This document shows, in pieces, positions 1 through 10,523 of a stretch of DNA of 25,146 bases. Source of the DNA: Sarea resinae (lineage: Eukaryota). The stretch lies in assembly GCA_026026165.1 (NCBI GenBank), contig JAPEUD010000095.1:62001-87146 (forward strand), in the 5' to 3' direction. Within the stretch, counting starts at the first letter, position 1. The number at the start of each line of letters is the position of its first letter. The position numbers and the translations under genes are program-made. The notes under the pieces are model-generated. The model had not been told where the DNA came from, did not search any database, and worked only from the letters and a program-made list of their open reading frames with translations.

Positions 1-377
1 TTCCGAGCTCGTACGGCTTCGAAGATGAGGTCGTCGGAGGTGTCGATGCGTACTTGGCGGTGGTGGTGGTGCCTCTGTTGCGTTGGAGTGCGAGTTATCG
101 ATCGAGGTTCGGTCCCCGGCGGCTTGGACGCTCTCCCGGGGTGTTTTGGACGGGATTGGTGATGCCGTCCGAGAATGATCTTCGACGACAGAGCCGTTAG
201 CATCGATCTGAGAGGAGCCCGAATGGTCGTCCTTGGAGACGATTCTTCGGAGTCGCAGGCGGAGAGCAGAGGCCGGGCGTTCCGTCGTCATTGCATCAAT
301 TGTTTATCTCTAGGTAGCTACTCACCTTTATGTGAACGGTGCAGCCACGATTTATCGACACCGTGAGCGCCTTCCAT
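1..377 (-). CDS. 5' part of a gene running off the left edge; N-terminus reminiscent of filamentous-fungal Mhp1-like proteins (identity tentative)
   Basis: ATG at 377 in GCCATGG context. Exon 1 is 377-326. Intron 325-180 has a GTGAGT donor, GCTAAC branch (201-196) and AAG acceptor. Exon 2 (179-1) is open. Spliced product: MEGAHGVDKSWLHRSHKDHSRTASPIPSKTPRES... The 'HGVDxSWLH' start matches my recollection of Mhp1-like N-termini; not verified. Confidence 0.55.
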
Positions 378-1819
378 GGCCGTTCCTCCAGATGCGCTAT
401 GGCTTCTAGTCGGCAGCAGGAGGAGCCGACGACATCAATCTCTTCTCGAGTGGGGAGGGATGGTGGCAAGGAAGCCGGTCTGAGTGGAGCCACACGATGG
501 AACGAGGGATCGGCGTATAATGGTGATAATAATTACAACCAGGGCAGCGACCAGGTATGGAGGTAGGTTCGGCTGCTAGGAGCGGTAGGCGGTATACATG
601 TTCGCGGTGCAGGTCGGATGAGTGGTCGAACGAAGAGGGTGTCTGGTATATTGGATTGCAGCGTCCAGTCCAAAATTCAATGTGAAGTTGGGGGGATCGT
701 GAAATGTTCAGACGGTTCGAGCGATCAATATCAGTTCATCCTGACGAGCGGGCAGGATTATTTTCTTCGGTAGTGGCTACATCTGGCAAGGCCGTCGTTG
801 GGCGGTGAATGGGTGGAGCAGCGGGCGACGGTCGAGTACCGATACCCCTGACCGGGTGGCCGCCGCAGAACACCAAATGATTGGCGACGGTTGGGGGATC
901 CAGCAGCTGCGACGGCCACCTTGTCCCTGCGCGACGTCACATGGCCCGGCGGCGGGCACGGATGGTGCGAGAAAGTGCACCAAGGGCAAGAACGGCGTCC
1001 ATGACTCTACGAGTATTGCATTCGACGCTCGTCGATCATGGATCCTCCAGCTTCCAGTAGGGTCGAGTGACTCCCAAGTGAGGTAGTCGCTACGACGTCC
1101 TGAGGTACTCCATCCACTGGCCCAGTCCAGTTGGCTCGGGCTCATTCGAGTCTGGTCGAAGCTGGAGAGCTCAGTAGTCACTTGGCGTACAGCGTAGGTA
1201 AGCACTTTAAAGTACGGAGGAGAGCGTGCATCCACCATGGAGGGACAAGGCGTCGAACTGCCGTGCTCGATACTCTTCCTACTATGGGATATACTCCGTC
1301 TTCCAGCAATATCCAGTACGAAGGTACCTTGCTACCAGAGTAGTAGTCACGTACTGTGCTGGTATGTCCATGCCATGAGTGCATAGTACCTACGAGGAGG
1401 ATGGAGTAGGGTGAGTACCTACGGTATGGATGTACCACTTACCTACCGACGTGCAGGACGTGCAGCATGGGATGCCGGCATCACTGATGCCAATTTACTG
1501 CAGTCCCTCTGCGACGAGGGGAATCTGGCATGGGGTAAGGATCTGCACGGAAAACGTCAAGGGCCACGACGGCCCCGTCCTCTGTCGTAAAAGGGTCCTC
1601 CCTCCCACTTTTCTCCCTCGACCGTCTTCCGGTCACCAGCCAGCCAGTCCAAGTACTTCTTACTGACTGGTCCGACGTATCAACGGCTGCGACGAGTACG
1701 ACGGGATGCATCCACCCGTGGCTTCAGTCTCGTGCTGGCTCACGTGCCTTGACGCTGCCTGCCGTCGCCCCCTTGGGCTCACTAATTGCGCTCGAGCTGG
1801 TCTACTACGTACTTCATAG

Positions 1820-1858
1820 TACTCTACTCCGTACTCTACTCCGTACTCTGTACTCTAC
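1820..1858. repeat. Short tandem TACTCTACTCCG/GTACTC repeat
   Basis: tactctactccg-tactctactccg-tactctg-tactctac, read directly, in a GTAC-rich intergenic stretch. Confidence 0.7.
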
Positions 1859-2327
1859 CTGACGGGATCTCCCTCTGCCCTACGTACCCGCAGCTGGACG
1901 TCGTCGCCAAGAAGGACGGGGAGGGCACAGGACAAGGAAAAATGGACCTTTGCTAGTCCGCACGGCATGCTGACTAAGCATCTCATTATGCACGTGACTA
2001 TCCATCTTTCTTGCCCCGAGACATGACGAAAATGGTCGAGATTGGTCGAAAGGGTAGTAGTCAGAGACTCAGTAGCAAACCATATAGACCCCTTGACCCC
2101 ATCACTTCTACATTATCTACACAGGCACAGCAAGTGTATCAGGAACGGGACTAGGGGCCATGTGGATGTAGAAGACATTAATTCATTTCGACTCCATTCT
2201 TGAAAAAGGTAAACCCTCGTAAGGCTGTTCATTGCAGCAGGGGACTGTGACATGTGATTTTTGACGTGCGAGACAGCTCCCTCGCGGGAATGGTGATGAT
2301 GGAAAAGACTACCGAAGCAACAGACAT

Positions 2328-3459
2328 TTACTGGGTGAGCTTGGCGATCTTGGCCTTGACTCTCTCGCGCTTCTCCTCCCGAGTCAACTTCTTGGATCGG
2401 TACTTTTGCGACTCCTTCTTCCACTCGTCCTTGCTCTTCTTCTCACCCTCGTCCTCGTCCTTCTTGAAAGGGTCCTCGCGGATGGCCTTGTGGGCCTCCT
2501 GGTAGAGCTCCTCCAGACCGTCGGCCTCGATGTCGTCGTCGATGTAGCCCTGGAATTGGGACTTGTAGCGCTCCTCATCGTCGTCGGCCAGGGTCTCCAT
2601 GTATTCGGCAACGTGGCCTCCGAAGATGTACTTGCGGAGGGTCTCGGCGTCGAGCTCCTTGGTTTCCATATCGAAGCCGGGGAAACGGTTCTCGGAGTGA
2701 GGAATGTAAAGACCACCGTCCGAGGCACCCTTCATGGCGCCGAAGACACGAGCACCAGTGGAGGTACGGGCAAGACCAACGTCCAAGAAGCACTTGAACG
2801 GGCGACGGCTCTCGCCATCGTCACCCTCAGCGGCCTCAGTGAGCTTGTACTCGCCATCAGCCTCCTCAACACCCTCGAAGTCCTCGTCAAGGCCGAGTTT
2901 CTTGAGAGCGCGGCGGGCAATCAGGAGACCAGTCGCGTAGGCGGCGGCCCAGTTGGTAAGACCGTGTTCGATGCCATACTTCTTGAGCTCGTGCGAGTAG
3001 GCAGAGCAGAAGACTTTGTCGCCAACGATCTCGGAGGAGACGATTTGCATCACAATGTCCCGATTGGTGAAGCGGACAACGAGGCGGTATTTGGGCGCAT
3101 TGTACTTGTTCTTGGCCTGGGTAATGAGGCGCTTGCGGGCGTAGTAGTCGGTCTTACCAGCGCGGCGGCGCTTGTACTTGACTTGATAGCGGCTGAAGTT
3201 TTGACATGAGTTCCATTCCTTGAGATATGCAAGGCGAATACACCAGAGGTTGAAAGACTTACCTGAAGTACGCGCTGTTCTTGACGAGCTTGGTGAAAGG
3301 CTGCAAAGAAAAACCCCCGAGTCAGCAATTTGCGCTTCAGACCTTCCGAAGCATCTTGCAAAGACTCCAACATCAAGAGGCAGATGGAAGATTGCGCTCT
3401 TTACACTGCCCTCGAAACGGGCAGTCCAAAATTGTTTAATAATCGGGTCGACTCACCAT
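2328..3459 (-). CDS. RPL5: 60S ribosomal protein L5 (uL18)
   Basis: Exons 3459-3457 (ATG only), 3300-3263 and 3192-2328. Introns 3456-3301 (GTGAGT..GCTGAC..CAG) and 3262-3193 (GTAAGT..CAG). Protein [57 protein letters not shown]...[25 protein letters not shown], the standard uL18 signature. Confidence 0.99.
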
Positions 3460-3571
3460 TTTGACTGATGCGCCTTCGCTGGTCGTTGATGCTCGTCGAA
3501 TTGTCCTTGGTGATGGTTGTCGGTCAATCGAAAAAGTAGTGTGTGCGGAAATTCGCTATTTGTGCGAACGA

Positions 3572-3579
3572 CAGTCACG
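3572..3579. promoter_or_regulatory. Homol-D-like element upstream of RPL5
   Basis: CAGTCACG about 113 nt upstream of the RPL5 ATG. It is a 7/8 match to Homol-D (CAGTCACA), a known fungal ribosomal-protein promoter motif. Confidence 0.5.
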
Positions 3580-3770
3580 CGAACTTCAGCCGAGGGAGGA
3601 CGTTGGTCGGGGACGACTTGCGACAGAAGCAACCCGACGAACACCAAACCACCAAAATCGTCTCCCATCGAATTGTAAATACGACTAGATTCAATTACAA
3701 TGAGAATCAAACGAGGGATGTTTGAACGGAAGCACATAATCATCACGCGAATTCGGGTAAATCGATAGAG

Positions 3771-4665
3771 TCAAATTCTGGCTTTGCCGTGTCTTCTTTC
3801 TATCAGACTAAGACCTGTAAACCGTTCAAGCTCGCGAACCGCTTCCTTTCCTCTACCCAATTGAACCTTGAGCGTCCTCATACCGAGATTCTTTGCTGCC
3901 TTCAGATTCTCTCCGATGTCATCTAGAAAGAGGACGTGGTTGGCATCTATCCGCTCTCTTCCCCTGCTATCCTCAAAGCTGTTCAACTCCCTGAGGGCGA
4001 GTTCGTAGATCCTTGGATCCGGCTTTCGCAGGCCAACATGCGCACTGCTGATAAAAATGTCGAACTGACTCCTTAATTCTTCGTGAGTTCCTTTGTTATA
4101 TGGATGCTCGGCTGGGAAGATGACTGTGTTGCTGAGCGCCCCCAGTAGAAACATCCCTGATGCCCTCAACATCTTCAGCGCAGGATACACATATGGGTCT
4201 GGTATCCTGGAGATGCGCATCATTTCCCAGAACAGCTGTTCGCCGTTGACCTCTGGAATCTCTAGAATTTCCGTTGTGGTTGACTCTGTTCCGGCAACTG
4301 CTGACTGGCTCCGAGCAGAAGATGAGATGCTTTGAACCTTGCGACAGTACTGCTCCCAGAGCTCGGGCTTTCGAAGATCACTTTCGAAGCGCGCGAAGAA
4401 AGAAGTATCCAAGGGGATCTCTCCACGTTCCAGTTGATGCCAAGCCCCATCCGGCGCGCTGCGGGAAATCGAGTAATTGATCCATCCGGAAGGAATCTTT
4501 CTTGACCTCTCATAATCCACAATGGCTTGCATTGGGGATTGCACCTAGATGAGTAGTATTGTAAGTTTAGCTCTCAATCGAGGAAGACCAATATCAAGCG
4601 CTATTACTCACGCAAACGCCGCCGATGTCGAACAGTAAAGCTCTGATAGGTTCCATTTCTGCCAT
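3771..4665 (-). CDS. HAD-superfamily hydrolase (epoxide hydrolase N-terminal/ACAD10-type phosphatase-like) with C-terminal PTS1-like -ARI
   Basis: Exon 1 4665-4612 (MAEMEPIRALLFDIGGVC), intron 4611-4545 (GTGAGT..TAG), exon 2 4544-3771. HAD motifs: I FDIGGV, II LSNT, III KPDPRIY, IV FLDDIGENL. Confidence 0.93.
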
Positions 4666-5271
4666 ATTCATTCAGACACCTTCAAGCCTATATGTTTCTT
4701 CACATTGCCATGACTTTGGTAGCCGCAGTCAGTTTCGATGCTGACATGGTTCTCGGCATGCCGTCATTCATGGATGTCCCGCAATAAGGTAGAGACATTC
4801 GCCAAAAGATGCCGAGGTCCATCGAATGTAAACATTGTGTCGTCCGTCCTAAGGTGAAACACCAGAAAATCATCCCCACGGACTACATGATAAGAAGCTT
4901 TACCAGAGTCCTAAACCAATAGTCGCAGGCTATACAAGACAAAAATTGCATCAATCTAGATCTCTCCAAATTAATTCTGCTTTTGTGATCTGCTTCAGGG
5001 TAAAATAATGCTGCCCTCTTCAGATCGATAGCCTCATGCACGACTCACGAAAAGCTTCAATCGGCAGTGAGAAAAGCGAGAAGACTACATCACCAAAGGC
5101 GAGCCTAGGAAAATAATCTCATTTGAACTAGAACTATAAAATAAATGCAAAAAGCTCAGACTATTCTTTTTTGAATAGTCTTACGAAAACCCCCATTGGA
5201 TTTATCTCATTAGATCGCTCTAGTAGCGAAAGGCTGCCCAAGGTGCGGACATTACGGTAAGGAAAGGAATA

Positions 5272-5395
5272 CTCCTCCTGCTGGGCTCGAACACGGGCGA
5301 GCATGGCCTCCACCGGAAGTTTGATTGGTGGAGGTCCATTTTAGCTATTTTTCTCAAGCAGGCAGATAACACCGAGTACCCTTACGCCAAACGGA
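5272..5395 (-). pseudogene. Degenerate tRNA-like element (Asp/Glu-like ends); probably not a functional tRNA
   Basis: 5' TCCGTTT can pair 6/7 (with G-U) with 3' AGGAGGA, followed by G. A-box-like TGGCGTAAGGG at 5389-5379. B-box-like GTTCGAGCCC at 5292-5283, at canonical distance from the 3' end. The T-stem does not pair and no clear anticodon arm is visible. Confidence 0.3.
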
Positions 5396-6678
5396 CCTTT
5401 CTTATAATATTCAAGGCTGTTAACCTTAGCTATATGGTCGAAGTTTATTCACCCGTTGATGGTAGAGTGGACGCCAAAGCAAGATACGGCAGCCACCCAT
5501 ACGCGTCTTACGCGTTGTGTTCACCCCCAGGTATATTGATGGAAGGAGCCACCTGGGCAACTCTCAGAGTCTGCCTCACTATGTCTGCGCACATATTACA
5601 GATACAGTGATTCGCCTGATGTTCAAGATCAAGCCTAATGGAACATATCGCAACTATTGATATCCGACAAAGTTTCTCGCTTTTCCTTTGTACAATTGAT
5701 ATGCATCTCTAGGATTATACATTAATTTCATGACAGTTCGAGTAAGACTGACTCCTAGCAAGACGTCTTATATATATTGAGGGAGCCCGTCGTCTGGCGT
5801 TATACTAGACGAAGACCCTACCATCGTAGCCTTTTCTTCAATGTCCATCAGAGTATATCATCAGATATCCAATATAGATTTCGAGCTAAATAGCTCTTGG
5901 ATTTATGCCTCCAGCTACGCGGTGACAGCGGTCTCTCGCAATACTAGTAGTCCATCGCGAATTCCCGTGCAGGCAACTTGATTGCTTGATAGAAGGCAGT
6001 CGATTACGGTAGTAATCTTGACGCAGACTCGGGCAGATCTGTTGGGGTGGATGAGGTCAATCTCCAAGTCATCTGGATATATGAGATTGTCGAAGAACAA
6101 TAGAGACAGAAGCACTCCCTCGATTTGTGAGGATGCAAAGCATAGCAGAAGCCTTGCTACCGATATAATCTGCTTGTCGAAACACCAACATATCGTACTT
6201 TCAATTCATGCTGATCCGCCAAGATTGTTGGGCATAGGTCCACAGTCGCCGTTGAAGGCCCAAATCGACTGCCTTTCCGAAAAGAAGATATCTGCCATGC
6301 ATATAAGTAAGCCAAGTCGGAGCCTCGAGAAAGTTTGAGGAAGTTTCCTGTTGTCTGACGTCCTTGGCGCCGTGTAAAGATATTTCTAAAGCAATTGCAA
6401 ATCACACCAAATACGTGTACAGAACAAGAGCCGACTCATGACGTCCCAGAGTCTCTTATCAGTGAAACCTGCTGCTGCGCCAAGCTGTCTTCTAATACCA
6501 TGAAGCGCCAAGTAAGGCAACGTGTTCTATAGAAGGGACATATGATTCGGCTTGGAGTAGAGTGGTATGACTGAGGACTTGGCGACTTGGGGGGAATCTT
6601 GGCTGAAGATCTTGGCTCATGAACGCCATTTCGCAGACAAGAGGAAGATCTCAGAGGCTCAGACATTTGCAATGGAAA

Positions 6679-6718
6679 GATGTAAGAGATGTCTTATCCG
6701 GATGTAAGAGATGTCTTA
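6679..6718. repeat. Perfect 18-bp direct repeat (GATGTAAGAGATGTCTTA x2, 4-nt spacer)
   Basis: Copies at 6679-6696 and 6701-6718, read directly. Confidence 0.9.
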
Positions 6719-9700
6719 GATACAGCCCTACGACCGGCTTTGATCCATCACGCCGCTATTTCAATAGGTCAGGGTCTGATTGATTTGACAATGGGAATAG
6801 ACGGAGGGCTTCGCACGAGGAGAGAGGAAGTGGAGCTTTGGAGCTTGATTGCGATTGGGGGGCGTCTGATGTCTTGGATGTGGATCATGGCTACCTTAGT
6901 AGCATCGAACAATTGTTTTTCCCTGACAATTTCACACTTCCGAGGTTGTCCACAGCGAGATTATTTGAATTCATGTCAAGTAAGTGACGAAGGCGGTCAA
7001 CCCATGGCCGCCTTGGCTCAATCAGCCTCAGCGGCGCCAGCCACAGTGAAATTAACAGCGAATGGCAAGAAAAGCTAGAGTCATTCGGGCAGGAACAGGC
7101 AGCGTGGAGAAGAAGCACATGGTGGCGAGAATCTGAACATCAGCACCCAACCCAACAGGTCTAGACGAAGAGGACAAACAACGATCACTCTGATACTTTG
7201 TACGCTTCAGCAGACAAGCGAGCAGTGTCGGATTCTTCGGACATGATGGCCTGGTTTAGGAAGGCGGCAAGTCTTGGATGGTTGGGGCCAAGGAGACTAA
7301 GAGCGCCTCGTCGCTTGGTGCGTGCGTGTGCGTGTGCGTGTGTGAGGTCGGAGTTGTATCTGATCCATTGGAGCGAGTAGTCGATGCGAAAGAATATCAC
7401 GCGCTTCTTCTGCGCAGAACAGAAGCCGTCCAATTGCATGGTCATGCGTATCTTGATGGGTTGGCTCGCTGGCTGCCCGCAGGAAGGAGGAAGAAGATTG
7501 ACCCGTTCTGCCGGGGTTGTTGCATGAGCATATCATGGAAGAGGTATCAAATGGAAGGCACCGGACTGTTAGTAGGTCCAGACATTCGGTGCGCATGCAG
7601 ACGTCTGGTCCGACCTCGAAGCGCATCCTGGATCTTGGATCTCATCTCATGGGCACGGTGGGGTGGTGCTACCGATGGCCCGAACGACTACGACAGACAC
7701 AGCAGGGCGCCAAGCGCGTGGCCGCGTAAGTTTGGTCGGGAGAATCTAGAAGCAGGAACAGAGGGAACAGCCGACTCTGCACTAATCTTCGTCGTCTAAA
7801 CTAATTCAGAGTAGCTCAACGCTTTCGTTAGTCCTTTCGGAACCCTTTCCTGCTATCTTCCTCGTATCAGCATCAATCCACATACCCATGAATATACGGA
7901 GCAGTGCACGACCTTCTTTGAGGCATCTCTCGTAGCTCCCACTGGCATGGCATTTTACTACATTTCCACACTCTCTACCTTAGCTAGCTCCCCCAAGCGA
8001 GTACGGATGGACGACACTTTCAAGATAAACTACGACACTACAGAGTCAGATCTCCTAAGTTGCCATAAGGAGATCATGAATGACATTCCAGGTAGTTGGT
8101 CGAGCGTGGATCATCGCGAGGTACGGAGTACAGATACGCCGATCAGATGTTGAACCTCGGGCTCGAAGTTTCTTGGAAGTTTCTGGAATTCGCGCCGAAG
8201 AAGTCGCCGAAAGATGTCAGTGCTTCTGGCAGACGAGTCGCAAATATGCAAGCCAAGGATCCCCAAGGATACCCGCCAAGGATACCTGACCTACCTGACC
8301 TAGGGAGCCCCAGAGCTGTCAGTCAGTCACTGGAATCAGGCTGAAGGCCAGGCGAGACGGGAGAGAAAGAATGCAAGCGACGACTTCATGTTCGCATACG
8401 TCAAGATACCATACCTCGACGCCTATTGGACGACCAAAACTACAATCCCTTATCACCGCGGCAAGACCGACCCCCGGACCCCGGCCCATCAGCCGCAACA
8501 ATTCTTTGCATCTTTCCAGAATTCTTCCACTTCAAGATCTAGTCCGGGCGCGAAAGCAGTCCGATGTGGCGTTTTGGGACTGGGCGTTTGCTATCCAATC
8601 GCAGTCAGACACTACCACGTCGCGATGGTGTACGCCGTAGCATCTAGACTATTCGTGGCTGCTATCTGTGTGCAGCCAGAGTCTGCGCATTCGCCATCGC
8701 TATCTTGCCAAGACAACGGCAGCCAAACTACCTTAGGGTCTTGACTGTGGTGTATCTACTGGCCCCAGGGTCGCACTTTTGCCCGTTACGAGGTAAGCTC
8801 GCATTCAACCAATGCATTGGCGGACAACAACAGCAGCTAGGAAAGGCAGAATAGGCAGAGAGATACACCTGCGATTGACTAGGCCGACTAGACGACAAGT
8901 GGCTTTCCCTTACCTCGACTCTCCCTTGGTACCTGGACGCATGAGTCTGTCTCGTGCAACGCTCAGACCTCGGGCCGCCGCCGCCGCGCCGCCGCCACAG
9001 CAGCAGTAGCAGATTCGAATGGAAAAGGGAAGAGGAATGGCAATCCAGGGTCCTTTGGTCAAGTATCGCACAAGGCTTAGCGGTAAGCAGCGCAGCAGTG
9101 CAGTGCAGTGCTGAAGGGTGTGTTCAGTTGCCTCGAGTTGCCTCGAGTTGCCTTGAGGGCTGTGAAGTGAACCAAGGTGCCAGCTATCAACCTATCGTGT
9201 GTCATGATGGTCCTCATCCTCAATGGATTTGGGTTTATGGGGGCCGATTGACACCACGAGGTTGGCCCGCAAGGGGGTTCAGGCGAGCAGAGGGCGAAGT
9301 ATCATGACGCGGGGGGAAGTAGTAAGGTAAGTTCGAGTGCAGGTGTGCCATAGCGGCCGGGTCATGGTTCTACGAAGTACGAAGTAGGTACGGAGTAGAG
9401 ATTGACCACAGGGATGAGGCAAGGTAGGGTGTCGTAGGGTGGTACCTAGTCGTCTCTGGCCCGGTGTAGCGCTTACACTAAGGGCACCATGGGCACCGAA
9501 GGAGTCCCGCCAGGACCTTAGTACCCGATAGTACCAGGTACGAGGAAGATAAGCAGGAGGAGAGGATCAAGGTCCTTGGGTGTCCTCTCCAGCTGTGATC
9601 TCTGCTGTGGCTCTTGCGTTGACCTACTTCTCTCGGCCTTCGTTTCTCGTCCCTCGTCCCTCGTCCCTCTCCCCTCTCCCCTCTCCAGGCATGTTGCACC

Positions 9701-10431
9701 GACCGAACGAGATCGATTCGAGCCAAGCCAATCAATGCGGCGGAGCAACCTATGCAGGCCTCTGCTCCGACGGGGGCCAGAACGCAGCCCTCCAGCCTGA
9801 TGCTCTCCAGCCCGTCCAGGGTCCATGGACTTGGATGATGGAAGAGAAAGAGAAGGCTCCCAAGACTTCTGAATGGCTCATCACGCCATGGGGTGCTGAA
9901 AGCTGGAGGATCCCCTATCCTAGCCTTCCCACGAGACGATAAGTCCAGGGTCGAATGCCGCCCAGGCCTCCCCTCCGCCCCTCCGCCCCTCCCAACCCCA
10001 AAGGCTCAATAGCTCAATCCTGGATTCAAACATTGCATTGCCTGCACTACGCGGACTAGTCGACATGAGGGCGATGGCAAGCGTCCCGGCCGCCAGGTCA
10101 GGACCGTTTGATCGTAGAGCCCGAGGTGGGATGAGCTGCGGTGGCGGCAACTCTGGCAGCTGTAAGCTGTGGATGATCACGGTGATGCTTGCATATAAAG
10201 ACTCGGCCGGGGCGGTCGATGGCTTCCCGTCCTTCATCGTCCTTGTACTACCGTTACGATCGCAGCAGCCGCGTAGTCTGTCAGACGGAGAAAAGTAGCG
10301 ACTGAGGCAAACCAGTTCTTCTGGTGCCTATTACTACTGTCGGCCTTCCCGCTCATCCTCTCTGTCTGATATCTCAGGAGGATCCGCCTATCTATCGGCT
10401 TGACATCGCTGGGGGAATTCATCTCTCTTTT

Positions 10432-10479
10432 CTATATATCTTCCTCCCTCTCCTCCTATATATCTTCCTCCCTCTCCTC
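10432..10479 (+). promoter_or_regulatory. Tandemly duplicated 24-bp TATA-like plus CT-box unit of the permease core promoter
   Basis: CTATATATCTTCCTCCCTCTCCTC x2 (10432-10455 and 10456-10479), ending about 45 nt before the ATG at 10524. Confidence 0.7.
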
Positions 10480-10523
10480 CTCACTTCTCACCTCACCTCA
10501 CCTCAGCCTCTCCACCTTCCATC

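Noticed and set aside
758..1711. Several 60-150-aa ORFs on both strands
   Set aside because: No motifs or coherent splice structure; the region reads as upstream/intergenic DNA.
2406..3209. 267-aa plus-strand ORF antisense to RPL5
   Set aside because: Shadow ORF expected from strong codon bias in RPL5; no independent protein features.
5272..5395. Functional tRNA gene
   Set aside because: The T-stem is unpaired and there is no definable anticodon arm; kept only as a degenerate element.
5690..5900. Solo LTR (TATATATA plus TG...CA-like ends)
   Set aside because: No second copy, target-site duplication or pol-like coding in the window.
6157..6200. GIY-YIG-like 'RYVGVSTSRLYR' peptide
   Set aside because: Too short, immediately followed by a stop, and no upstream GIY motif.
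7185..8744. ORFs 7185-7445, 7278-7799 and 8388-8744
   Set aside because: No recognisable domain; partly sustained by a (TGCG/TG) repeat; no supportable gene model.
10213..10229. CGG-N11-CCG Zn-cluster-like site upstream of the permease
   Set aside because: Single occurrence in GC-rich DNA; spacing does not match Put3 (N10).
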